From Desulfobacterales bacterium (GTDB lineage Bacteria; Desulfobacterota; DSM-4660; Desulfatiglandales; B25-G16), in assembly GCA_013375385.1 (NCBI GenBank), contig JABXJY010000001.1, positions 1 through 35,926 on the forward strand: a stretch of DNA of 35,926 bases, written 5' to 3'. The translations under genes and the position numbers were made by a program. Shown here piece by piece: positions 26,889-35,641 of this stretch; position 1 is the stretch's first letter; each line of letters begins with the position of its first letter. The notes beneath the pieces were generated by a model. The model did not search any database, was not told the DNA's origin, and worked only from the letters and a program-made list of their open reading frames with translations.

Positions 26889-27535
26889 ATCCTATCCCCA
26901 AAGAGGATCTTGGCCACATCCACCCTTATGCTCTCTCTAAGCCGATTCAATTTGGCCTCAAGGGTGTTGTCAACCTCCACCTGCTTTTCCGTATCCCTGA
27001 CAACTACACCTCCAAGGCACTGTATGGTCTCATCTGTTAAGGCCAAAGAGATATCTCTTCCTGTCATCTTCTTGACAAATGCACCTAATTTCCCCATCAT
27101 CTTACCCTTGAAGGTTTTGCTGTCCCTTTGGTTAAAGGCCAGCTCAAGTTTATCTCCGTCAACAACCTCAGAGGCAGAAGCAATCAGGTTAAACATTATA
27201 TCCTTGTATACAAGATTGTCCCGCTTCCCCTTTTCGGCCAACTCTTGCAGAACCTTTCTAGCCCCTTCAAATGAAGCAACAATTGCTTCCTCTTGGGCGT
27301 CCATCCTCTTTCGTCTAACGTCAATTTTAGTCTCGGCGATTATCCTTTGTTCTTCCAGGGAGGCGAGCCTTTCGCCGTTTGAAAGGATTCTCTCTGCCTC
27401 TCTCTCTGCTTTCTCCTGGGCAGCCTTCTTGATCTTATCCGCCTCTGCTTGAGCCCTAAGAAGTATCTCAGATACCTCCTTTTCTGCCTTTGCCTCTATG
27501 TGGGATATTATTTTGTCAACCCCTTCATCTGACAT
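26885..27535 (-). CDS. atpE: A/V-type ATPase subunit E (peripheral stalk)
   Basis: N-terminal long charged helix (KIISHIEAKAEKEVSEILLRAQAEADKIKK) and a globular C-terminus. The ATG at 27535, with GAGGGG upstream, is preferred to the TTG at 27547. Confidence 0.85.
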   Translation of the reverse strand: MSDEGVDKIISHIEAKAEKEVSEILLRAQAEADKIKKAAQEKAEREAERILSNGERLASLEEQRIIAETKIDVRRKRMDAQEEAIVASFEGARKVLQELAEKGKRDNLVYKDIMFNLIASASEVVDGDKLELAFNQRDSKTFKGKMMGKLGAFVKKMTGRDISLALTDETIQCLGGVVVRDTEKQVEVDNTLEAKLNRLRESIRVDVAKILFGDRI

Positions 27536-27685
27536 AATTCCCCTCAATTAAATTCACATGGAATGGTGGAAGTATGGAATATTGGGTAGCAAAATCAGTA
27601 GAAACAGTATCCAATCTTTTTTTCTTTTTCCATTAAACCCATCACTCCAATATTCCAATTGGGGCGAAGCCCCTAAGTTATTGAT

Positions 27686-28171
27686 TTAACCACCCATGAT
27701 CTTGGTTCCCACAAAGATCAGTATTGCTATAAGGAGACCGAAAATAGCAAAGGTCTCTGCCATGACAGCGAGGACAACTGCCTGGCCGAAAGTTTCTGGC
27801 CTTTTGGCTACGGCACCCATGCCACTGGCAGATATAGCGCCCTGCGCAACGGCTGTAATACTGCTTAAAGCAATCACGATGCCTCCCCCAAGGGCGGCAT
27901 AGCCCATGCCTATAGGAATTTCCTTGACCGTTCCCCCGAGTACGCCAACCCCTATAAGAATCAAAACAGCCCCCAGAAAACCATAAATTCCTTGGGTTTG
28001 TGGCAGCGCCTGGAGAACCAAAACAGGCCCAAACTTCTTGGGGTCCTCTGATATCACACCGGCCCCGGCAACGCCGGCCAAACCAACTCCAACCCCAGCG
28101 CTAATAGCAGCCACACCCATAGAAATTGCTGCCCCTATAATTGCTAAAACTGTTCCCATTGATAATTCCAT
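27686..28171 (-). CDS. atpK: A/V-type ATPase proteolipid subunit K (duplicated, four helices)
   Basis: About 161 aa, Gly/Ala-rich, four helices. Carries LPQTQG, AQG and AVMAETFAI motifs. The ATG at 28171 is 8 nt after AAGGGAGG. Confidence 0.9.
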   Translation of the reverse strand: MELSMGTVLAIIGAAISMGVAAISAGVGVGLAGVAGAGVISEDPKKFGPVLVLQALPQTQGIYGFLGAVLILIGVGVLGGTVKEIPIGMGYAALGGGIVIALSSITAVAQGAISASGMGAVAKRPETFGQAVVLAVMAETFAIFGLLIAILIFVGTKIMGG

Positions 28172-28187
28172 AAACAATACCTCCCTT

Positions 28188-30134
28188 TTATTTAATCTCT
28201 ACTGTTCTTAACCTCCTCTCAAGAGGTGTGTACTCTGTTCCTCCACTTTGATAAAACTTTGTAAAGAACTCTACATAATGTAATCTGAGCCCATGAACAA
28301 AGCTCCCCATGGCGTTAATGATAAAATTGAATAAGTGGCCAACAACAAAGACAATAATAGCGACGATTATCCCTATGGAACCTACCATGGAGAGCATGCC
28401 AGAGAGCACATTAACGGTCATGGCTATTCCTGTTGTGCACAACCCTAAGGCCATAAGTCTGGCATAAGAAAGAATATCCCCCATGAATCCTGTTACTTGA
28501 AACATGGCCATGGCCTTGTGCCCCATCAACAGCACTATGAGTGAGATTCCTATAAAGATCAGGCTGGCCGACTTATAGCCCAGCAGAAAGAAAACAATGC
28601 CTGGCTGGGCAAATAAAAACCAGAGGTTCCCACTCAGTGCCCTCCATATCTGTCCTCTTTTGAGGTTATGCAACACGTTTATCACTACACCAGTGTTCAC
28701 ATGGGCCAGGCCTATGATCAAGGCAATCAGCAAAAAGGCAGTGACTTGAACCATGGGATCAAATATCTGCAGAGCACCCAGTATAGACAACTTAAGCCCA
28801 AACCCACCGAACCATCCCCCAGAAAGGGCTCCTATAATAATGGTCGCTGCCCCTGCTGATGAAAGGATGATTCCCCCATCCCGTATTGCTTGATTATACC
28901 TTCCTCCCCCCCTTATTAATGAGAGACCCAACACAAGAGCGATTATCCCATACATTGCATCCGTCAACATGATTGAAAAGAACAGGAGAAAGCCCGGAAC
29001 CAAAAATAGGGTAGGATCAACGCCGTTATAGGCTGGCAATCCGTAAAGCCGCGTTAACAGCTCAAAACTCCTAATGAATTTAGGATTTTCCAACTGTACT
29101 GGAACATCATCGTTCTCATCAGGATCCGATACCCCTATAACACACGCCCCATGGCTGATCTCTCTTATCTCCTGAGCGGCTTGGGCGGACGAGTGCTCGG
29201 GAACCCAACCCTCAATAGCCACAACATGCTCCATCCTGGCAAACTTATTCTGGCTTTCTTCCCTTTGTCTCTCAATCAGCAACAGTTCCTGGTACTTCTC
29301 AAGCTCATCTCGCCATCTTTTAGCTATATCGATAATGATTGCCTCTCTTCTTATCTTCTCCTCATTCAACGCCATGAGTCTCTTATTAATGGAATCTATT
29401 GCCTCTTTTGGTGTTCCTTGCTGATCCTCTATTTCAATCCTTTCCCAGTTCAGCCGGCGAAGATTAGCTAACACCAGTGATGCTTGTTCCTTGAGGCAGA
29501 TTAATACTGTTACCAGCTTGTTCTCAGATGTCTCCCCGACCCCAAGGAAAACGTTACCGCTAGTCAATTCCTGTAATCTATCCCTTATATCGTCTATGCC
29601 CTCCCTTGGCACAGCACCCAAAAAGATAGACAGAAACTCTGACTCCCCTATATCTGATAGATCTATGTCCAATGGTAAAATCAGGTCCAATAACCCTTTT
29701 ATCCTCTCTGATTCTACAATCTCTTCTTCAATCTTTTCGAGCTCCTTAACAGGCCCTTCTACCTCTCTGTCAATCTTCTCTATGGTGCGGTCAACAGTAT
29801 CAATAAGCTCCTTACCATAGATCTCTTTGGTTTCAAGCCTTTTTGGCGGTAGAGGGGCAAAAACCCCCCTTATGAAACCTTCTTTTGGTTCAGGATTATG
29901 GCGTTCAAAAAGATCTAACAATCGATTTACCGCAATATTCTGGGCAGCTATTTTTCTGATATTAGGAGAAAAAGGGTGAGGTTCTAGCAGATCCTTCCAA
30001 TCAGGATCAGCAAGTTTTTCCGAATAATCAGTAAGATGGATCGTGCCGAGCTCTTGCAGTCTTTTAATTATCTCATACCTAAACCCCTCTAATCCAAGTA
30101 TCTGTATCTTTTTCATTCGGGCTGGTCTTAACAT
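28188..30134 (-). CDS. atpI: A/V-type ATPase subunit I (a-subunit, stator/ion channel)
   Basis: 648 aa with a soluble coiled N-terminal half and a polytopic C-terminal half ending in ...HGLRLHYVEFF, which contains the conserved Arg region. Confidence 0.9.
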   Translation of the reverse strand: MLRPARMKKIQILGLEGFRYEIIKRLQELGTIHLTDYSEKLADPDWKDLLEPHPFSPNIRKIAAQNIAVNRLLDLFERHNPEPKEGFIRGVFAPLPPKRLETKEIYGKELIDTVDRTIEKIDREVEGPVKELEKIEEEIVESERIKGLLDLILPLDIDLSDIGESEFLSIFLGAVPREGIDDIRDRLQELTSGNVFLGVGETSENKLVTVLICLKEQASLVLANLRRLNWERIEIEDQQGTPKEAIDSINKRLMALNEEKIRREAIIIDIAKRWRDELEKYQELLLIERQREESQNKFARMEHVVAIEGWVPEHSSAQAAQEIREISHGACVIGVSDPDENDDVPVQLENPKFIRSFELLTRLYGLPAYNGVDPTLFLVPGFLLFFSIMLTDAMYGIIALVLGLSLIRGGGRYNQAIRDGGIILSSAGAATIIIGALSGGWFGGFGLKLSILGALQIFDPMVQVTAFLLIALIIGLAHVNTGVVINVLHNLKRGQIWRALSGNLWFLFAQPGIVFFLLGYKSASLIFIGISLIVLLMGHKAMAMFQVTGFMGDILSYARLMALGLCTTGIAMTVNVLSGMLSMVGSIGIIVAIIVFVVGHLFNFIINAMGSFVHGLRLHYVEFFTKFYQSGGTEYTPLERRLRTVEIK

Positions 30135-30138
30135 TATC

Positions 30139-30450
30139 TCAACCTAATACTGAATCTAAAATGAATTCCTTAGCCTTTTCCAGGTTTTTTTGGGCCTCTT
30201 TCCTCAGTTCCTCGATTTCCTTTTCCCATTCATTGGTAATATCCTGGCACTCCTCCCTTGCCTCCCCTCTGGCATCTTCCCTCATCTTCTCCGCTTGACC
30301 ATGAGCATTTCTCTTCTTTTCAGCCAACAATTCCTCTGCCTCTACCTTAGCTCTCTCAACTACCCTGATTGCCTCTCCTCTGGCGTTCTCTATCCTCTCT
30401 TTTGCCTCAGTCTCTGACTTCTTTATCTTTTGTAAGGATTCTAAGATCAT
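30139..30450 (-). CDS. A/V-type ATPase subunit H/G-like (peripheral stalk coiled coil)
   Basis: 103-aa charged single-helix protein in the first operon position, as in archaeal ahaH. SD GAGAGG 6 nt upstream. Confidence 0.7.
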   Translation of the reverse strand: MILESLQKIKKSETEAKERIENARGEAIRVVERAKVEAEELLAEKKRNAHGQAEKMREDARGEAREECQDITNEWEKEIEELRKEAQKNLEKAKEFILDSVLG

Positions 30451-30508
30451 ACTAAGCCTCTCGTGCTTACTGGAATCTTTATAGGGGCTTATAGGAGAGA
30501 TATGATGG

Positions 30509-30901
30509 TTACTTCAAAACGGAAAGGCCTTCAGTTCTCGCTGGAGATATGGCAAGATTTTTCCCTTTCAGGTCTTTCATCTTGCAATTTCCCTCAAAGA
30601 TAACCCCTTCTTCAATGACTAATTTTGGGGTTTGAATATTGCCAAAAAGTTTGCCCGGGACTTTAATCTCGATCTTATTCTCTGCAAATATATCGCCATG
30701 AACCTCTCCTCTTATTATCATATCAGCAACATTTATCTGTGATCTAATAAGTGCACTTTCCCCTACGATCAAGGTTCCACTGGAGAAGATTTCACCGGAC
30801 AATTTTCCATCTATCCTGACAGCGCCGGTGAAGGAAAATTTACCCTCAAATTCTGTATCCCTGCCCAAAAAGGCGTTAATTTCGTCCCTTGCCTTCTTCA
30901 T
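30509..30901 (-). CDS. Bactofilin (polymer-forming cytoskeletal protein, DUF583)
   Basis: 130 aa. Repetitive beta-helix pattern (GKLSGEIFSSGTLIVGESALIRSQINVADMIIRGEVHGDIFAENKIEI...). SD GAGGGGG upstream. Confidence 0.85.
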   Translation of the reverse strand: MKKARDEINAFLGRDTEFEGKFSFTGAVRIDGKLSGEIFSSGTLIVGESALIRSQINVADMIIRGEVHGDIFAENKIEIKVPGKLFGNIQTPKLVIEEGVIFEGNCKMKDLKGKNLAISPARTEGLSVLK

Positions 30902-30932
30902 TGACGACCCCCTCTAGATATTTACCAGCGGC

Positions 30933-30962
30933 TTAATAACATGATCTCATTGTTGATTGCAA
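30933..30962 (-). promoter_or_regulatory. Candidate sigma70 promoter upstream of the bactofilin gene
   Basis: The minus strand reads TTGCAA (30962-30957), an 18-nt spacer ending in TGt, then TATTAA (30938-30933). Confidence 0.35.
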
Positions 30963-31170
30963 GAAATTTGTACTACCTAACCCGGCCAAGCCGGAACCAA
31001 ACAGGATGTAAAAAGTTGAATAACTATTTATTCTCCGGAAATCCTCTATATCCATGGCTTTCCGGGCATTGCAAAAATTTTTCTGCGCGTTTTGAACACA
31101 AATTTACTCATAAGGGACTAAAAGGTAATTTCAAAAGGAGATTTTCGAAACTCTCAGCCTTACCTCATGA

Positions 31171-32277
31171 TCATTCCTGAAATATGAACCTCCTCATGCT
31201 TACATTCATTATCAAACCCATGGCGGCCATAGTGGAAATTACAGACGATCCTCCATAGCCAAAGAGGGGCAGTGGTATTCCGACTACGGGGAGTAGACCA
31301 GTTACCATACTGACATTTATGGCTAGCTGCCAGAAAATCGACGCAACAATACCCACAACAACAAAAGTGCCAAACTTATCCTTACTGTTTTTGGCAATGT
31401 TGAGGCACCATAAAATCAAAAATAGATACAGAAACAAGAGCATGGCTGAGCCTACAAAGCCCCACTCCTCAGCAAAAACAGAGAACGAAAAATCGGTATG
31501 TTGCTCCGGGAGAAAATGTAATCTTGTCTGGGTCCCCTTAAGAAAACCCTTCCCCCGAAGAAGGCCTGAACCAATCGCAATCTTCGACTGAGTAACATGA
31601 TAGGCAGCGCCCAAGGGATCTAGGTCAGGCCTTAGAAATGTTATTATCCGTTTCTTCTGGTATTCCTGAAGGGTAATCCAGAAAAAGGGTGCTGCTAGCA
31701 GAGCTGTGGACAAGAATATCAGTATTGATTTCCAATTTACCTTAACAAAGATAATGATTGAGAAGGAGACTATGAGCAACATCAGAGCTGTTCCCAGATC
31801 AGGCTGGTCGACTACCAGCACGAAAGGGATGGCAATCAACATAAAGGGTCTCAATAGCTCTCTAAGTCGGTAATCTCCTATCTTTTCTGCTTTGGAAAAA
31901 TATTTGGCAAGAACAACAACAAGAGATATCTTGACCATCTCCGAAGGTTGGACATTGAAATAACCAAAGCTCAACCACCGTTGAGATCCATGTGTGACTT
32001 TGCCTATCTTTAGAACAACCACAAGAAGAACCAGAGAGACAAAAAACAAGGGATAGGCAAATCGTTCCAAGAGATGATAGTCAAAGGTTGTCATCAAAAG
32101 AAGAATCAAGAAACCTATAGCATACCAACAAATTTGTCTTACATAAATCTGACTTCCCCCCATAGACCTAATTGAATAGGCGGCACTGTAAAGGTTAAGA
32201 ACACTCATAAACCCTATGATTATCAACACGCTTAACAGTATCCAATCAAAGTTATGTATCAATCGGCGATCGAACAT
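31171..32277 (-). CDS. rodA: Rod shape-determining SEDS glycosyltransferase RodA
   Basis: 368-aa polytopic FtsW/RodA/SpoVE family protein with PEQHTDFSFS and GGSS motifs. Located downstream of PBP2. Confidence 0.9.
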   Translation of the reverse strand: MFDRRLIHNFDWILLSVLIIIGFMSVLNLYSAAYSIRSMGGSQIYVRQICWYAIGFLILLLMTTFDYHLLERFAYPLFFVSLVLLVVVLKIGKVTHGSQRWLSFGYFNVQPSEMVKISLVVVLAKYFSKAEKIGDYRLRELLRPFMLIAIPFVLVVDQPDLGTALMLLIVSFSIIIFVKVNWKSILIFLSTALLAAPFFWITLQEYQKKRIITFLRPDLDPLGAAYHVTQSKIAIGSGLLRGKGFLKGTQTRLHFLPEQHTDFSFSVFAEEWGFVGSAMLLFLYLFLILWCLNIAKNSKDKFGTFVVVGIVASIFWQLAINVSMVTGLLPVVGIPLPLFGYGGSSVISTMAAMGLIMNVSMRRFIFQE

Positions 32278-32319
32278 ATTCGTTTCTCGTTACTCGTTTT
32301 CTTAACAGGGATCGAGCAA

Positions 32320-34158
32320 CTAGAGGGGTTTCACCTTATTGAAATAACTCTCGAATAAATCTCTTGCGATTGGGGCCGCTACAGCACCCCCTAGACCACC
32401 ATGCTCTATAAGAATGGCTACTGCTATCTCCGGATTTTCAGCAGGTGCAACAGCCGCAAACCATGCATGATCTCTAAATCTGTATGGAACATCTCTTTCT
32501 TGTACGGATTCCTCCTCCTGTGGTAAAGCAATCACTTGGGCGGTTCCTGTCTTGCCAGCAACCCTTGTTCTATCAAGCCTTGCCCTCTTCCCCGTTCCAT
32601 GAGGCTCATTCACAACACCAATCAGGGCTCTTTTCACCAGTTCCATATTTTCTCTTTTTAGATCCCAGTATCCTGTTAAATCGGGTTTAAATTCAGAAAT
32701 TCTTTCCTCATTCATTCTCCCTATCCACTTCGTTACCTGTGGTCTAAAAAGAATGCCCCCGTTAAAAAGGGCTGATATAAATCTTACTATTTGAACAGGT
32801 GTTATAAGGGTAAAACTTTGTCCAACCGCTACAGACAATGTCTCCCCTTCTTCCCACGGAGCATGCCATCGCCTTAGCTTCCAGGCCCTATCTGGAATAA
32901 GCCCTGGTTTTTCGTCTCCTAATTGAAGCCCTGTCTCACAGTTAAAGCCAAGTCTTTTAGCATATTTTGCAATGGTATCAATGCCTATCTTTTGGCCCAT
33001 TTTATAGAAGTAGACGTCACATGACTCAACTATCGCCCTGTGCAAATCAACATAACCATGTCCTTCCTCTTTCCAATCACGATATACCCTTCCCTTAAAA
33101 CTATAACTTCCCCCACAAAATATCTTTTCGTTGGGATCAATCACTCCTTCTTCTAGTCCTGCCAGAGCTACTACCAACTTGAAAAGAGAACCTGGTGGAT
33201 ACTGTCCTGATATTACCCTGTTCTGTAGCGGAAAGTAGCGATTAGAGACCAATCTTTCCCATCCCTTCTTGTCCATCCCTTTAGCAAAGCCATTAGGATC
33301 AAACGTTGGGCTGCTTGCCATAGCTAATATCTCTCCGCTACCTGGCTTCATGACAACAATAGCACCTTCCTTATCATAGAGGGATCTCTCGGCCAACATC
33401 TGAAGATCTCTGTCTATCGTCAGATAGACATTAAATCCTGGCTCTGCCGCCTTTTGGTAGAGCACTCTCAGTCTCCTACCAGAGGCATCTATCTCAACCT
33501 GTTGCCCTCCCCTCATACCATTCAAATATCTTTGCCATTTCTTCTCTACACCGAATTTTCCCACAAAATCGCCGGGCTTGTTCTCCTTATATTCTTCCCT
33601 ATTAAGCTGCTCTCTATCAATTTCACCAAGGTAACCAATCAGATGGGCGGCGAGGGTCCCGTACAGGTAATGCCTCTTAGGCTTCGCTTTGATAATCACA
33701 CCGGGGATGCTCAAAGTATTAGTTTCTATTCTGGCTAACTCATCCCTGGTTAGGCCCTTCTTTATGTAAACAGGATTAAAGGGATCACGTTTTAGAGCCT
33801 CTTCTATCCGCTTCTTGGTAGATATGCCATCAATCTCGATCAATCTGCGTAGATTTCCTATTAAACAATCAAGCCCTCTGATGTCCTCTGGAACCACCCC
33901 TAAGATAAAGGATGGCCTGTTATCGACTAATAGTTGGCCATCCCTGTCAAAGATTAATCCTCTAAAGGGTAACACATCCCTCAGGTCTATTCTGTTATTC
34001 TCTGATTGTATCCTATATTTGGCACCATTGATGATCTGTAAAAACCACAACCTCACCAACAGGACGCCAAACACAATAAGGACAAAGTAGGTTAACCTCG
34101 TTAGGCGTTTCTGATATATCTCAGTTTCACTGGTATCAAAATCTGGACGCCACGCCAT
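32320..34158 (-). CDS. mrdA: Penicillin-binding protein 2 (elongasome transpeptidase)
   Basis: SLFK (SxxK), SCD (SxD/N) and KTGTA motifs. N-terminal anchor. Confidence 0.9.
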   Translation of the reverse strand: MAWRPDFDTSETEIYQKRLTRLTYFVLIVFGVLLVRLWFLQIINGAKYRIQSENNRIDLRDVLPFRGLIFDRDGQLLVDNRPSFILGVVPEDIRGLDCLIGNLRRLIEIDGISTKKRIEEALKRDPFNPVYIKKGLTRDELARIETNTLSIPGVIIKAKPKRHYLYGTLAAHLIGYLGEIDREQLNREEYKENKPGDFVGKFGVEKKWQRYLNGMRGGQQVEIDASGRRLRVLYQKAAEPGFNVYLTIDRDLQMLAERSLYDKEGAIVVMKPGSGEILAMASSPTFDPNGFAKGMDKKGWERLVSNRYFPLQNRVISGQYPPGSLFKLVVALAGLEEGVIDPNEKIFCGGSYSFKGRVYRDWKEEGHGYVDLHRAIVESCDVYFYKMGQKIGIDTIAKYAKRLGFNCETGLQLGDEKPGLIPDRAWKLRRWHAPWEEGETLSVAVGQSFTLITPVQIVRFISALFNGGILFRPQVTKWIGRMNEERISEFKPDLTGYWDLKRENMELVKRALIGVVNEPHGTGKRARLDRTRVAGKTGTAQVIALPQEEESVQERDVPYRFRDHAWFAAVAPAENPEIAVAILIEHGGLGGAVAAPIARDLFESYFNKVKPL

Positions 34159-34200
34159 GATTAGTCATCAAAAATAGCTATAAGGAGACAAAGTGCCTTC

Positions 34201-34764
34201 CTAGGCATAATCTCGGTGCTCTCTTCCTCTTACCAGATTTAGGAAATAGAATAAAAAGGGGGTAATCATGCCTGTTATCAGAACAGAGATAGATACTAGA
34301 ATAAAGAAAATCAAAGGAGTAAATTGCCCTAAAGGGGAGGGCCTAATGATAATCACGAGAAAAGACCACTTGGCCAAAAGAAAAATAGCCACAAACAAAA
34401 TTGAGGTCTTGATGTCGTTGAAATCCAAGAATTGTCTGCAGTGATTAATTCCAAGAATAATAGCAGAATAGAGAAAGGCAAACAGACCAAGCTGACATGG
34501 AGCGAATGTGTCTGTCAACACCCCCATGAAAAAGGCGAGGCAACCGGCCATAAAGTTTTGATCCTTGGCGATGAGGTATATGAGGAAGATAGGAATCAGA
34601 TCGATATCCAGCCATTCAATGCCTACAAGATGGTTTATGCTTCTCCTTAAGATCACAGAGAGACCACACGTTAACCAGATTAAAGGATAGACGAATACAT
34701 CGCCCTCTTTCCATCGCTTTACAGAAGCCCTGATCCCCACTCCAAAACCTTGATAAAATTGCAT
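34201..34764 (-). CDS. mreD: Rod shape-determining protein MreD
   Basis: Small polytopic membrane protein immediately after mreC. Called mainly on position. Confidence 0.7.
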   Translation of the reverse strand: MQFYQGFGVGIRASVKRWKEGDVFVYPLIWLTCGLSVILRRSINHLVGIEWLDIDLIPIFLIYLIAKDQNFMAGCLAFFMGVLTDTFAPCQLGLFAFLYSAIILGINHCRQFLDFNDIKTSILFVAIFLLAKWSFLVIIIRPSPLGQFTPLIFFILVSISVLITGMITPFLFYFLNLVRGREHRDYA

Positions 34765-34771
34765 ATGCGCC

Positions 34772-35617
34772 CTATTGAATTTCTGGTCTTCTTAAAGGTA
34801 CAAAACCCGATCTCAAAACGATGAGAACCTCTTCTAACTTAGAGAAATCCACAGCCGGGGTTACCCTAACATCCTTGAATAGTTTATTGGGGGAGTCATT
34901 AATCTCTTTAACTTTGCCCAGATAAAGTCCTTTTGGGAATATCCTTCCCAATCCTGAGGTTACAATAGTGTCACCTTCTTTTATGTCACATGTCTTTATT
35001 ACATAATCAAAATAACATTCACCCGATCCCATTCCTTTTACCATTCCCCTTCCTCTTGATCTCTGAACTAACCCGTCAACAGCACTGTTTTGATCTGTAA
35101 TCAATAATACCTGGGCATAATTAGAGGAGACAGATACCACTCTCCCAACAGCTCCTTCTGAGTTAACTACCGGCGTGTTTATCCTGAGACCATCCTTTTC
35201 CCCCTTGTCTATAATGATGGACTTAAACAATCCGCTCGAATCCCACCCTATCACCCTTGCTGGCAAAACAGGTTCATCGGTGTTTTCTCGAAAGTTCAGG
35301 AGTTTTTGGAGGCGCTGATTAGCTAACAATAGCTCTTGATACTTACTGTTTTCGATCTTGAGGAGGTCTATCTCTTTCTTGAGAAGCAGATTCTCCTGGC
35401 GGGTCTCAACTAAGAAGAAGTAATTTCTCCAGATATTCCTTGTTATAGATATCGTCCCCATAAATAACTTTTGAAAAGGGGCGGCTACCTCGGCCACAAG
35501 CCTTTCCGTCGGATTCCATTCCTGTCCCTTGCCAATACTCAGAGACAGCAAGATCAGGGATAGTACAATAAAGATGTAAGGAACCCATTTTGGCCTATGC
35601 TCGAAAAGAATGGACAA
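34772..35617 (-). CDS. mreC: Rod shape-determining protein MreC
   Basis: N-terminal anchor, coiled coil (LLKKEIDLLKIENSKYQELL), then beta-barrel repeats (VVNSEGAVGRVV..., IVTSGLGRIFPKGL). Confidence 0.9.
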   Translation of the reverse strand: MSILFEHRPKWVPYIFIVLSLILLSLSIGKGQEWNPTERLVAEVAAPFQKLFMGTISITRNIWRNYFFLVETRQENLLLKKEIDLLKIENSKYQELLLANQRLQKLLNFRENTDEPVLPARVIGWDSSGLFKSIIIDKGEKDGLRINTPVVNSEGAVGRVVSVSSNYAQVLLITDQNSAVDGLVQRSRGRGMVKGMGSGECYFDYVIKTCDIKEGDTIVTSGLGRIFPKGLYLGKVKEINDSPNKLFKDVRVTPAVDFSKLEEVLIVLRSGFVPLRRPEIQ

Positions 35618-35641
35618 TTATTGCAAGCCTAAACTCTTGAA

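Noticed and set aside
25513-27452. Plus-strand ORFs 25513..26079 (188 aa) and 26910..27452 (180 aa), and similarly 21629..22114, 2255..2803, 4663..5142 and 4331..4804
   Set aside because: All lie antisense to confidently identified genes (ATPase subunits, TPP enzyme, cstA). They have Ser/Leu/Pro-rich compositions typical of reverse-frame translation.
30941-31180. 79-aa plus-strand ORF between bactofilin and rodA
   Set aside because: No RBS, it overlaps the rodA 3' end, and its composition is unlike neighbouring genes. The region is better explained as promoter and hairpin spacer.
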